A stretch of DNA of 64,000 bases, from the IMG/VR virus record IMGVR_UViG_3300037470_000569, positions 16,679 through 80,678 of that record; one strand, given 5' to 3'. Both the position numbers and the translations under genes were made by a program. Source of the DNA: a virus (Duplodnaviria; Caudoviricetes). Below the pieces are notes generated by a model that saw only the letters and a list, made by a program, of their open reading frames with translations, searched no databases and was not told the origin of the DNA. Below are positions 19,017 to 28,638 of this stretch, one piece after another (the stretch's first letter is position 1; each line of letters begins with the position of its first letter).

Positions 19017-19220
19017 CTACACGCCGCCACTTACGAGGACACTCTCAACGAGATCCTCATCTGTCGCAGTCGATGCAGCCTGCTGAATAGCGTCTTCGAT
19101 CTCCAAGACACGCTGCGCTTCAGCCTTCTGATCGGTCACGATCTCGAACTGAGAGTCGCCGATACGGTCGCGGGCAGCAGCTGCCCCATCACTTGGAACT
19201 GTATCACTCACTGGTGTCAT
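19017..19220 (-). CDS. Small acidic protein downstream of MuF-ART
   Basis: ORF track; position. Confidence 0.5.
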   Translation of the reverse strand: MTPVSDTVPSDGAAAARDRIGDSQFEIVTDQKAEAQRVLEIEDAIQQAASTATDEDLVESVLVSGGV

Positions 19221-19268
19221 CTTTCGGCTAAAGATTTCCTATACTTACTACGTATTCTATCAAGAATC

Positions 19269-22200
19269 TTAGATCATATCAAACTGAAGGATTCCATCCT
19301 CGCTCTTCCCGATGAATTTCAGCTGGGTGTTGCGCGGAAAGATCAGTTCATTCTCGTAATCCGTACCGGCGATCGTCGTCTTGCCCGCCGGTATAGCGAT
19401 CTCAATGCGACGACCGCTCGACCCGAAGCTGTTGCCCGTCATTTTCGATGTGGACGTCGACATGAAGCCATGCTCTGTAATCGTCTCACCCGGCTTAAGC
19501 TTCCCCAGATCACTCGCGTATCTGCCCTTAACGCCGCGGTTTACGAAGAGCGTTTCATTGTTCTTCTTGCCATATACCGAGAATGCCTCATCCATTTTCT
19601 TAATATTTCGAGCAGTCGTCGGTGAAGCTACTTCCTGACCACGTGCAGCCCTATTCATCGGTGTGTAGCCCGAGCCGGTGTATGCTTTATGCGCCCTCAA
19701 CACAGCATCATTCGGCTTAGCTTTGTAGTCACTCTCAATCTGACTACGTGACGACTTACGAAGCATGTCCGCGTTCTTCAACGCTGTCTTACGTGTCAGT
19801 GAGTTCGGCTGCCGAATGCTCGCCGGTATACTGGATGCCACACCAGGTACGTTACTGTGCAGCCCGGGAACAGCACTAGAGACGCCGCCACCACCAGTCT
19901 TAACACCTCCGGAAGATCCGGGTGCACTCGCATTGTGACGTGTCGCTACCTTGTACTTCAGATAGTTCGTCTTCTTCTTATGCTGCTCCGGAGTAAGAAC
20001 ACCTTCCTTTAGCTGTGCATCGAGAAAGAACTGCTGCTTCGCTTCATCAACGTTATAATGTTCATCTTTAACTTTACCCGCTGTGAGCTTCTTCTTCGGA
20101 GTTGCTCCGACGCTACTGGGTCCGCTGCTCGAAGAAGGAGTACTTGGTCTATTAAGCTTATTCTTCTTTATGATGAATGCACTGCCATCCTCAAGCTCAA
20201 CCATGACCGAATCATCGGACGCCGTCCCGATGACCTTTCCCTTTGAGCCTGAAGATGTCGTAATCTTATCACCCGTCTTAAACTCGGGACCCTTTGACTT
20301 CGACTCACCTCCTCCCACACCTTTCTTAGTAAGCACCTGCTTACCATAAAGGACAGTACCCTTATCCGTCTTAACCTTGACGAAGTTACCGTGCTCACTT
20401 ACAATCTCACCTTCAGCACCACCAGGAAGACCGACCTTATCACCAGTCTTAAGACCAGGACTCTTCGCCGCAGCGTGCTCGCTCGGGGACAACCCACCCA
20501 AAGATGATGGCTTGGTGTCAGGTGCCTTCTTCGACTTAACCTTCGGCTTCCCCGGACCCTCGCCTCCAGCACCACCAGACTTATTAATGCGCTTAGAAGC
20601 CTTCACCTTGACATAATAAGTCTTATACTTATACTCTTTCTCACTGATGGCGCCATTCGCGTACTGCCCCTCGATGTCCTTGAGCTCGGCAGCCTCGGAC
20701 GCGTTCAGTCGCTTAGTGTCAACCTTCCCAGGTGCAAGCTTCTTCTTACCCGAGCTCTGAGCGGAAGCCCCACCACCACCGCCGCCGCCGCTCTTAGGTG
20801 CGAACTTACCTTGTGAATCACGCACATAGCGATCGAACATAACGAGAGGATTAGCTGACGACGTTAGCGTGTCAAAGTGCCAGGTAATTGCACACCGGCA
20901 GTTCACGCGAGTATGAGCGGAAGCATCGGGATCGCCAGGGTAATCCAGCTTCTCGCCGTCCACCGTGAACTTACCATCCAGTGGTACCGTCTGCCCGTCA
21001 GCGACACGGTGCTCCAGTCGGGTTCGCTTATCTCGAGTCGAGTTGTGGACTACAATACCGTTCGCTACATACCAGCCGCACTCGGTCGTAAGGTCATATA
21101 CATCATGCCAGCCCGCATCGATCTTAACAATGTCGACGATCTCATCAAGCAATATCTGAGTGGAGAAAGTTGCTTGAGTATCGGACGAAGATTGGGTGTT
21201 AACAGTGGTGTCGTTGCTCGGCATCTCCGTGAAGCTGGGATCACTCTTCGATCTCGCTCTGATATGCAGCGATTGACGATTGATAAGCTCGATGATACTA
21301 AGCGTAGTGAGATTGCGCGTAAGGGTGTTGCTACTCGAGCGACCAATGGAACCCTCAAATTGACTCTGGAGCAGAGACGACGACGCGCTCAGATTAAAGA
21401 GAGTCTCGAGTTCAATATCGGTAAGTACGAACAACTCATCGCTACTTGGCTGCGTGAACGGGGCTTGCAGCCTCGAACGCAGGTCGCCGTTGAGTTCTAC
21501 AACCTCGACCTCGCACTCGATAGGCTTGACATCGAGATCCACCACAGTGCTCATCATCCGTCGACTCGAGAGACCGTCCGTCGCCGTACGAAACACCTCA
21601 TCGATTTGGGGTGGTTCGTTCTCTACATCTGGGTTAAGCCCGAAATCGGTTACATTCGTGGTGATGTTCACGCCGTCCAGGGAGTGAGTACTGATATAGT
21701 GGACGAGATAATCAGATGTGCTGAGATCTCGAGCGCTGATCCAACCACGCGTGGTCAATATCGGGTGATTCGGGGTAACGGTGAGGATGTCACGCGAGGT
21801 CTGAATACGTATCAGTACTCCCGGCCCACGTCGTCGTTTCACGACCTCGAGTGGTTGCGGTGACCATACTTTCGTATCACCAGTGACACAAAGCCATGTC
21901 TTCTTACTGGGCTGTGCTTCAGGTGGCAGCAGCCGAACCTGCTGAAGCGCTCCAGCATTCGACGCCCCGATGACCTCTGTGCGAGCGATCATCGTGGCTC
22001 GAGCGTTCGTCGTCTCCAGCACATCCTTCACTCGAGCCGATAGCTGCGGAATCGACTCACCGCTCTGCATACCCACGATCAACTCATCGCGGGTCCGCAG
22101 CCACATATCATTACCGACGCCGACGAGTTGGTTCTCCACCCGCGTGAGGTAAGCGTGAGCAATCGGTTGCTCCGCACTCCACAACACAGGTGCACGAACA

Positions 22201-23117
22201 GAAACTTCCTGAAGAACGCGGTCGGCGGTCTTCCGCATCACCGCTTCGAGCTCGGGTATGATCGCGTTCTTTACTTCGAGACGCCACGCTCGCTCGATGA
22301 GAACGAGTTCATCCAGTGTCACTGATGCCGGGAAGATCGGCGCAATTGGTGTACTGGGTGGAGGCAATCCTTCAGGTAGCGGCTCAGTAGCAGCGGCAGT
22401 CAGTGATTCAGTGTTAACCGGCGGTAGGTTGTTACCCCGCATTAAAGGGTAATCGACTGACACCCCACCAAGCGCGAACCTGATGCGATCAAACTCGATG
22501 GATCCCTCAAGCTCCACCGCTTCATCGATGAAGTACTTAAGGTGCTCAACATCGTCGTATGCGAGACACATGTGAGCGACCCAGGGTAGGTGTTGCTGAG
22601 GCATCCCCCAAGCGCACTTCACCGCGACCTGCGTGATGATGTCCTGGATGCGTTCATGTGCGAGCTCAATGCTCGCACCGCCGATTGCCAAGTTCAGACT
22701 TGGTTCATCGGTGGCATTCCAGATACTCGCGCCAAACACCTGCCCCTCATACCACTCGCTGCTCTCAGTACTTAACTTCAATGCCCGGTGAAGTTCAGCT
22801 TGTACTTCACCCGGAATATCATCTGAGTTGCCAAGATAAGCAAGCGTGACGTGTAGTGAATCGGGTGATTCACCGACATTCTCATCGCCGATCGCCCAGC
22901 GCTCAGAATCGACTGGAACGAGTGCGATCATCGCTCCGGTGTGCGGCTCACCGGTCGTCGAGTCGATCTGTGGAGGACCTTCAACTCCAGCCGCCGTCAG
23001 TGCTTGAGTAGTACCTACACGTACCGCTCGACGCAACGCCTGCGAGACCAGCCGGTCGAGGCGTTCAATGAGTGTGTCTTGTTCTTCCTCAGTGAGACTT
23101 ACATCAACACTCGGCAC
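19269..23117 (-). CDS. MuF-family minor head protein fusion: 2H phosphoesterase + MuF (intein-interrupted) + repeats + ADP-ribosyltransferase
   Basis: LHVTL and AHMCL (2H); RATMIARTE, KTWL|STRDKRTRLEH, NCRC (MuF); NRGV, FMSTS, ENE (ART R-S-E). Confidence 0.85.
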   Translation of the reverse strand: MPSVDVSLTEEEQDTLIERLDRLVSQALRRAVRVGTTQALTAAGVEGPPQIDSTTGEPHTGAMIALVPVDSERWAIGDENVGESPDSLHVTLAYLGNSDDIPGEVQAELHRALKLSTESSEWYEGQVFGASIWNATDEPSLNLAIGGASIELAHERIQDIITQVAVKCAWGMPQQHLPWVAHMCLAYDDVEHLKYFIDEAVELEGSIEFDRIRFALGGVSVDYPLMRGNNLPPVNTESLTAAATEPLPEGLPPPSTPIAPIFPASVTLDELVLIERAWRLEVKNAIIPELEAVMRKTADRVLQEVSVRAPVLWSAEQPIAHAYLTRVENQLVGVGNDMWLRTRDELIVGMQSGESIPQLSARVKDVLETTNARATMIARTEVIGASNAGALQQVRLLPPEAQPSKKTWLCVTGDTKVWSPQPLEVVKRRRGPGVLIRIQTSRDILTVTPNHPILTTRGWISARDLSTSDYLVHYISTHSLDGVNITTNVTDFGLNPDVENEPPQIDEVFRTATDGLSSRRMMSTVVDLDVKPIECEVEVVELNGDLRSRLQAPFTQPSSDELFVLTDIELETLFNLSASSSLLQSQFEGSIGRSSSNTLTRNLTTLSIIELINRQSLHIRARSKSDPSFTEMPSNDTTVNTQSSSDTQATFSTQILLDEIVDIVKIDAGWHDVYDLTTECGWYVANGIVVHNSTRDKRTRLEHRVADGQTVPLDGKFTVDGEKLDYPGDPDASAHTRVNCRCAITWHFDTLTSSANPLVMFDRYVRDSQGKFAPKSGGGGGGGASAQSSGKKKLAPGKVDTKRLNASEAAELKDIEGQYANGAISEKEYKYKTYYVKVKASKRINKSGGAGGEGPGKPKVKSKKAPDTKPSSLGGLSPSEHAAAKSPGLKTGDKVGLPGGAEGEIVSEHGNFVKVKTDKGTVLYGKQVLTKKGVGGGESKSKGPEFKTGDKITTSSGSKGKVIGTASDDSVMVELEDGSAFIIKKNKLNRPSTPSSSSGPSSVGATPKKKLTAGKVKDEHYNVDEAKQQFFLDAQLKEGVLTPEQHKKKTNYLKYKVATRHNASAPGSSGGVKTGGGGVSSAVPGLHSNVPGVASSIPASIRQPNSLTRKTALKNADMLRKSSRSQIESDYKAKPNDAVLRAHKAYTGSGYTPMNRAARGQEVASPTTARNIKKMDEAFSVYGKKNNETLFVNRGVKGRYASDLGKLKPGETITEHGFMSTSTSKMTGNSFGSSGRRIEIAIPAGKTTIAGTDYENELIFPRNTQLKFIGKSEDGILQFDMI
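21042..21890 (-). mobile_element. Class 1 intein (283 aa) in the MuF domain
   Basis: C1-VTGDT, block B TPNH, VYDLTT...VVHN, +1 Ser; removal restores KTWLSTRD. Confidence 0.9.
21105..21863 (+). CDS. HTH + DUF559/Vsr-like endonuclease, antisense and nested inside the intein
   Basis: N-terminal YLSGESCLSIGRRLGV HTH; EQLIATWL..GL.PRTQV.V.FY.LDL..D.EIH...LGWFVLYIW nuclease pattern. Confidence 0.8.
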   Translation: MPARIDLNNVDDLIKQYLSGESCLSIGRRLGVNSGVVARHLREAGITLRSRSDMQRLTIDKLDDTKRSEIARKGVATRATNGTLKLTLEQRRRRAQIKESLEFNIGKYEQLIATWLRERGLQPRTQVAVEFYNLDLALDRLDIEIHHSAHHPSTRETVRRRTKHLIDLGWFVLYIWVKPEIGYIRGDVHAVQGVSTDIVDEIIRCAEISSADPTTRGQYRVIRGNGEDVTRGLNTYQYSRPTSSFHDLEWLR

Positions 23118-24906
23118 AATCGACCTCGCCAGTCAGCAGACGCTGGAGGCTCGCACGATCGTATTCAGTCTCAGTATCAAGTAGGACGCGACAGTACTGC
23201 CCAAGATAACGCACGGTCAACACTGGATCATAACCCACTTCACCCAGCGTCGACAGCGCATGTGAGAACACTCCATCCAGTGGGTCGGTTCGACTTCCAC
23301 CCTTCAAGCGGTTACGTCCAACCTCGAGTGCTCGCTTGACGTGACCCTCAAGAACAAGCAGTCGTGGGTCAAGACTCAAATTCTCAGGTGCGGATTCCTC
23401 ATCCGGGTCATCGAATGTATCAGGCGGACCCTCGTCAGGATTCTCATCAGCAGGATCAGCTTCTTCACCATTCCCAGATGGAGCCGGTGATTCTGACACT
23501 GGGTCGATGACCTCAAGCTTGAGACCTAGACCCTCCATCGCCGCAGGAGCAAGCTGGGCATTCGAGAGCAACTTCTTATAAGCCCACGACGCTAGTTCTT
23601 CATCAGTGGGCATGTCCGACTCGGCGAACCCAAGCGTGCGACGAACCGAGTCTCCACCGATCTCGCCTCGATCATAGAGATCGAGCGTATGCTTCGTCTT
23701 ATCAGGTCTGACGACAAGATCAGACGTGTCAGCCCAGATGACAATGCCCTCGGTATCGACACCCTGTGCCTCGAGCACTGGGTGTAGATATCCTCGTGTT
23801 AGGTCAGCGGTGAGCAGCTCCAGCATCGGGCGGGCGTGTACTGAAATCGCCGACTCTTCGATCTGCCAGGCATTCCAGTGACTGGTGTCGCCCATACCGA
23901 GGATGATCTCAGCGGGAATATCCAGTGCCGTGGCAACTCGACGTTGTGCTGAGATGCGCATGTCGAGTGAACGGTCGCTGAGATCGGTCGACCAGTTCAA
24001 CAGCTTGAACTTATCGACGTGCTCAGCGGGAACCTCAACGGGAATAGGCACGATCTGTTCAGCAGTGCCAGGATTCTGCACCGCCCGCATCATGACCTGC
24101 ATGACCTCGGTGACGAACGGGTGCTGCCCCGAGTTGGGTGAACCCGGCGTTGGGGCCGGTGCTGTTGGGAAGGTAGCTTCCTGCGGAAACACGAGTAGTC
24201 CAGCACCAGCGACGCGTGACACAAGTGTCGCATCAATGTACTGGTTAATGCGACGAAGTTCTCTCAACGGACCAATCGCTGCATGAGCTGGGGAGTCGGG
24301 ACGCCAGAACCAGCGGGGATGGGGTCGCCAGAACTTGACGACCATCGTCTGATCAGGCGGAAGGATTGCCCACTGCCCCTCGTCATACTGGAGCTCATAC
24401 ACCGGAGCGCTGACCGGAGTCGCCGGCGACTTGAGTCGGATGACATCCGAGCTGATGACTCCCCAGTTCGACCCCAGATGTGTCAGGTCCGCGAGACCTT
24501 CAGAGCCGACCAGATACCCCAGTCCGGGTACCGAAAGCTGTACAGTGAACGACCACAGCAGTTGTGACTGCCCACCGATGCCACCGGCGAGTTCCTCAAC
24601 CGCATCCGCAGCCGGGCCATCATCCAGCACCTCGGGTTCAGTATCACCCGTGATGATTCGTGCCGCACGCAAGCGCGCTTGTGAGAGGAGGTTCGCCATC
24701 CAGTTCACGCCAAACTTCAGCGCTTCACCATCAGGACCGTCGTAAAAGCTCCACGCTTCGTTCTGCCAATCAACCCGTTGTCTCGAAGGATCATCGAGTC
24801 GGGTACCCTGGAGTGGTCGTGATGCGGCGATCAGTGAACCATCACGACTGGCGATGCGCGAACCTTCGGGCCCTGGGAGGATGACCACGTGTGGATCAAG
24901 CGTCAC
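23104..24906 (-). CDS. Portal protein
   Basis: WQNEAWSFYD, WRPHPR, DSP...LRELRRI, SRVAGAGLL; follows terminase. Confidence 0.85.
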   Translation of the reverse strand: MTLDPHVVILPGPEGSRIASRDGSLIAASRPLQGTRLDDPSRQRVDWQNEAWSFYDGPDGEALKFGVNWMANLLSQARLRAARIITGDTEPEVLDDGPAADAVEELAGGIGGQSQLLWSFTVQLSVPGLGYLVGSEGLADLTHLGSNWGVISSDVIRLKSPATPVSAPVYELQYDEGQWAILPPDQTMVVKFWRPHPRWFWRPDSPAHAAIGPLRELRRINQYIDATLVSRVAGAGLLVFPQEATFPTAPAPTPGSPNSGQHPFVTEVMQVMMRAVQNPGTAEQIVPIPVEVPAEHVDKFKLLNWSTDLSDRSLDMRISAQRRVATALDIPAEIILGMGDTSHWNAWQIEESAISVHARPMLELLTADLTRGYLHPVLEAQGVDTEGIVIWADTSDLVVRPDKTKHTLDLYDRGEIGGDSVRRTLGFAESDMPTDEELASWAYKKLLSNAQLAPAAMEGLGLKLEVIDPVSESPAPSGNGEEADPADENPDEGPPDTFDDPDEESAPENLSLDPRLLVLEGHVKRALEVGRNRLKGGSRTDPLDGVFSHALSTLGEVGYDPVLTVRYLGQYCRVLLDTETEYDRASLQRLLTGEVDCAEC

Positions 24907-25223
24907 GAGACAACCCGCTGTGCAAAGCGTGTGCGCACCCAGTGGATGAATTGATATATCTCACCGAACATACCAACGACGAATGCATCCGCAAAGATAA
25001 GCAGCACTGGTGCGCGCAATTCCACATTAAAGACCAACGACCACAGCACAACTCCCGCCGACACCCACATGCCAGTGCACCACCAACACGCAAGCAGATA
25101 CCTAATCGTCGTGCCTGCGTGCGTTAGGACACGTTCTCGTACCCATTCGACCGGCGGTAGCTGTGACTCGATGACAACGTAAGTGAGGTAGGCCGCACTC
25201 AGTGCCGTGAGCAGCTCTCTCAA
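24903..25223 (-). CDS. DUF1360-like membrane protein
   Basis: LLACWWCTGMW; between TerL and portal. Confidence 0.7.
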   Translation of the reverse strand: MRELLTALSAAYLTYVVIESQLPPVEWVRERVLTHAGTTIRYLLACWWCTGMWVSAGVVLWSLVFNVELRAPVLLIFADAFVVGMFGEIYQFIHWVRTRFAQRVVS

Positions 25224-26776
25224 CTTGAGACTCCTCGCTCTCTAAGCAGCGATTCTAGCAGTGCAACTTCATCGACTGCAGCGTCCCGTGGAATGGCGTC
25301 ATCCAGTGACGCGGTGCGTGCGGGCAGGTGCACCTCAAACAGGTCTCCCTCCCAGTATGCCATGAGCAGCGCGTCCGCACGATCCGGGCTTCGACCCAGG
25401 CGTGCGTTGACGAGCATCTTAGGTTCGATCTTGATGCGGCCACGCGAGTCGATGATATCATAGTGCGACTCTGTCAGTTCCTGAAGGACCTCATCACTGA
25501 TTTCCCATAGGTCCCAGCGCTGAGTTCTCGCAAGTTCACGCCCGTTCCAGTGCATCTCAGCACGCTTATTGAGGAACCGTACCCGGTTACGTTGCGTAGG
25601 TGCCTCAGCAGCATTGAACGGTATCACGACCGCTGCGTGAAGTGTGTCAGGCATCGTCGGTTCGTGGAACCGGGATAGCTCGCGGAGTCGACCATACACC
25701 CCCCAGCCGAGGCCGATCACATCAATGATCAAGCGTTCGGTCTCCCACTCGTTGAGGACCTCAGCGAGTTGCCCCACCAGCTTCATCGGGTCAGACTCAT
25801 TCCACGTCCGCTCACGACCAGCTCGCGGACCGATACGTTCACGAAGCACCGTGAGGTCTCCACCGCCACCAACATCCAGGCCGGCGCATCGTGCACCCGC
25901 GGCCGGAAGCTCAATGAATCGACAGGCACTAGCCCAGGAGAATGGAATGACGCCTACATCGGCGTCCGTCGGGAATTGACCTTTGATCTTCGATGTGAAG
26001 AGTGCCGAGCCTTCGCCCCACGCCAGCTTCTTCTCCTCAACCCACACCGGTGAGATGAGCGACTCCGACACAAGGTCTGACACCGGCTCACCTGTGAAGT
26101 TCGGTGTATGTTCGGCGCCGATGTGAATGACTCTCCAGCCTGAGCCGGGGCGACATACTCGAGCGAACTCGCCATGTGCGTTGTCCGGGTTGCCAATGGC
26201 AAGGATTCGCGAATGCTCATTGGCCGTGAGTGTTGAGCCAGCATCCCAAAGAGTCTTCTTCACACCGCACGCTTCATCCAGAATCACGAGGACATAGCGC
26301 GCGTGGATACCCTGGAACGCCTCCTCGGCGTAGTCCGCCGGCTTTCGGCCCAGGGCGATTAGCTCATTACCGACATACCACTCAGTGAGGTTCATGCGAC
26401 CGATGAGCTCTCCACGCACATGGAGTCGGTTCATCTCCCGCCAGAGAATGGCACGAACCTGAGTGTTCGTCGGGGCGGTCGTGACAACGAACGCTTCACC
26501 GATCGGATGAGTGGCGATCCACCACACTGCAGTCGAAGCGGCAGTCATCGACTTTCCGGCTTCGTGACATGAATGAACCGCCGTCTCCCGGTTGTCACGC
26601 ACCGATTCGATGATCTCGCACTGCTTCGACCAAAGTTGAATGTTCAACTTCTCATCGCACCAGCGGGCCGGATCTCGACGATACACCGCGTCCGGCGGTT
26701 GAAGCATGTCGAGAGCTTCGGCGAAGGCATCCTGAATCAGGTCGCCGTCATCGCCTTCGTCCCACAAACTCCTCAC
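25220..26776 (-). CDS. Terminase large subunit
   Basis: Walker A HSCHEAGKS, Walker B ILDEA, GNP, nuclease GLDVG and SPDRADA. Confidence 0.9.
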   Translation of the reverse strand: MRSLWDEGDDGDLIQDAFAEALDMLQPPDAVYRRDPARWCDEKLNIQLWSKQCEIIESVRDNRETAVHSCHEAGKSMTAASTAVWWIATHPIGEAFVVTTAPTNTQVRAILWREMNRLHVRGELIGRMNLTEWYVGNELIALGRKPADYAEEAFQGIHARYVLVILDEACGVKKTLWDAGSTLTANEHSRILAIGNPDNAHGEFARVCRPGSGWRVIHIGAEHTPNFTGEPVSDLVSESLISPVWVEEKKLAWGEGSALFTSKIKGQFPTDADVGVIPFSWASACRFIELPAAGARCAGLDVGGGGDLTVLRERIGPRAGRERTWNESDPMKLVGQLAEVLNEWETERLIIDVIGLGWGVYGRLRELSRFHEPTMPDTLHAAVVIPFNAAEAPTQRNRVRFLNKRAEMHWNGRELARTQRWDLWEISDEVLQELTESHYDIIDSRGRIKIEPKMLVNARLGRSPDRADALLMAYWEGDLFEVHLPARTASLDDAIPRDAAVDEVALLESLLRERGVSS

Positions 26777-26785
26777 ATATGTATT

Positions 26786-26968
26786 CTACAGGTGAGGTGA
26801 AAAGATCGGTGTAAACCGAGAGTTAGGTGGATAAAGGCGATTCCACGGTTGTGACGTAAAGAACCACTTATTACCTACAGAACGAGGAGACCACAACCAC
26901 CCGTGGAACTTCAACACAGTCGTCTCATGAGCTTCAACATCGAACTCGCGGGCTTCGTTGTACGTCAC
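26786..26968 (-). CDS. Hypothetical protein
   Basis: GTGA coupling. Confidence 0.5.
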   Translation of the reverse strand: MTYNEAREFDVEAHETTVLKFHGWLWSPRSVGNKWFFTSQPWNRLYPPNSRFTPIFSPHL

Positions 26969-27201
26969 TTAGACCGATTCTTAGGACGTTGCCGACGTGC
27001 TCCCGCATCAGTCATCTTATTCTGCTCAGTTCTTGCCCTCTCAGCGTTTGCACTCTGACGAACCACGTTGGCGTTATGTTCCTTGACATTGCCCATCCGC
27101 CTGAACTCACGCACAGCATCGAGTTCTCGGATCTCAGCGAGACGATCCAAGTCTCGCTCACGCTGCGTCTTCTTCTTCTCTACTTTTCTTCGGACAACCA
27201 T
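26965..27201 (-). CDS. Basic hypothetical protein
   Basis: ORF track; operon continuity. Confidence 0.5.
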   Translation of the reverse strand: MVVRRKVEKKKTQRERDLDRLAEIRELDAVREFRRMGNVKEHNANVVRQSANAERARTEQNKMTDAGARRQRPKNRSK

Positions 27202-27494
27202 CGACTCACCGTCCTCGTCCGAATGTGGAAGATACCCTGCTTTATCCCCATCTCATCACACTCTTCTAGCCACTCACGCGCTTCAGCTTCGGGCCACGGA
27301 CCTCGATGCTGTGTGCCATCCTTAAAGAAGATAGCCCACTCAGTGTCGAGTGTCGCATCCTCAGTAAGTTGATCAATGTATGCCTCTAAGACCGCATTGA
27401 TTTCGGGAATAGTCAACACACGATTTGAAGGATTCGCTGCCGCCCGCTTTACTTTCACAGCATTGTAAAGCTGAATAGCCGATGGGGTGTTCAA
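27180..27494 (-). CDS. Hypothetical protein
   Basis: ORF track. Confidence 0.5.
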   Translation of the reverse strand: MNTPSAIQLYNAVKVKRAAANPSNRVLTIPEINAVLEAYIDQLTEDATLDTEWAIFFKDGTQHRGPWPEAEAREWLEECDEMGIKQGIFHIRTRTVSRWLSEEK

Positions 27495-27501
27495 AGCTCC
27501 A

Positions 27502-27888
27502 TCACCATTTCCTGTGTGTCAATCGGTAGAAGAATCCCTGCTCTGCACGGTGTGCATTATGCTCGTTCTTCGCGTGCTGCTCCAGGGTACGGAAACCACC
27601 TTGCACAACCTGTGAACGAAACGCTTGCTCACGTTGCTGCTGAAGCCGACTCGTCTGGTAATAGTTCACTCGCTGAGCATATGCATCAGCCTCACGGTTC
27701 TGTCGCTGAACCTCCTGTGCGACTTGTGCGGCATATGAAATCTGCTGACTGATGGCGTGCTGGACATGAGCACGATGTATGTCATCGGCGTTTGCTCGAG
27801 CGTGCGCAGCAAGGTGTGGCTGATTCTGTGCGACACGTGTTTGGGCTGCTTGATCACGGTGCCACTGGGTGAGCTCATCAGGCGTCAC
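27502..27888 (-). CDS. Q/H/A-rich hypothetical protein
   Basis: ORF track. Confidence 0.55.
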   Translation of the reverse strand: MTPDELTQWHRDQAAQTRVAQNQPHLAAHARANADDIHRAHVQHAISQQISYAAQVAQEVQRQNREADAYAQRVNYYQTSRLQQQREQAFRSQVVQGGFRTLEQHAKNEHNAHRAEQGFFYRLTHRKW

Positions 27889-27905
27889 AAGTATGCTCTC
27901 CTTAC

Positions 27906-28073
27906 TTACGACTTCCAGTACCTATATCTCCGACGTAGTGATAGCACAGCACAGCCAAACATCGAGACGCGTTGTGGACGAGAGGATGCACTTACTGTAG
28001 TGCTCGCGAAGTTCTGCCATGCGGCCGTGTCCGCAGCCCAGTCATCCTCATCCATCTGGATGTCAGTGTTCAT
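27906..28073 (-). CDS. Small hypothetical protein (55 aa)
   Basis: ATGA coupling at 28070-28073. Confidence 0.45.
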   Translation of the reverse strand: MNTDIQMDEDDWAADTAAWQNFASTTVSASSRPQRVSMFGCAVLSLRRRYRYWKS

Positions 28074-28624
28074 GTGAAGCTTCCTTCAATCGTACTGGGT
28101 ACGTGGATCCGATTCTCGAGTCCACGCCACCACCGCGCGATCTCAGCATCACTCTCAGCTCGGAAGAAGCGACCGTAGTAATCTCCCCTCGCGTCAGCGA
28201 TAAGTACTGACTCATCCGTACGCCAGCTTTCCCACTCACGCGTTTCTCGATCCTTGACGCTCTCACCCCCCACCTCACTCATGGACCAAGCAGTGAAGGC
28301 CACGACCAGAAGTAACATGGCTCTCCAGCCAACATCAGCCAGGAACCGAACCTGTCCCGCTCGGACTCTCCAGGGGCTGAGTGACACGGGTCGAACGCCC
28401 CAGATCCGCTCATGAAGACTCATCGAAGGCGTGTTCCTCGAGAAACGACGCCACAAGTTAGCGCAGAAGTTGTGCACCATGACCCACAGCTTAATCGCTC
28501 GAATCTTGAGAAACGACGGCACCGGTTCGCTCAATGGCACCGTAGGAATGGATGTAAGCTGCATGGTGTCGGTCCATGAGTGACCGAAACTCTCTTCACA
28601 CAAGAAGGATCTAACAGCCTGCAT
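28070..28624 (-). CDS. Hypothetical protein with a hydrophobic segment
   Basis: ORF track; RBS GGAGAG. Confidence 0.45.
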   Translation of the reverse strand: MQAVRSFLCEESFGHSWTDTMQLTSIPTVPLSEPVPSFLKIRAIKLWVMVHNFCANLWRRFSRNTPSMSLHERIWGVRPVSLSPWRVRAGQVRFLADVGWRAMLLLVVAFTAWSMSEVGGESVKDRETREWESWRTDESVLIADARGDYYGRFFRAESDAEIARWWRGLENRIHVPSTIEGSFT

Positions 28625-28638
28625 ACGCTCTCTCCCAG

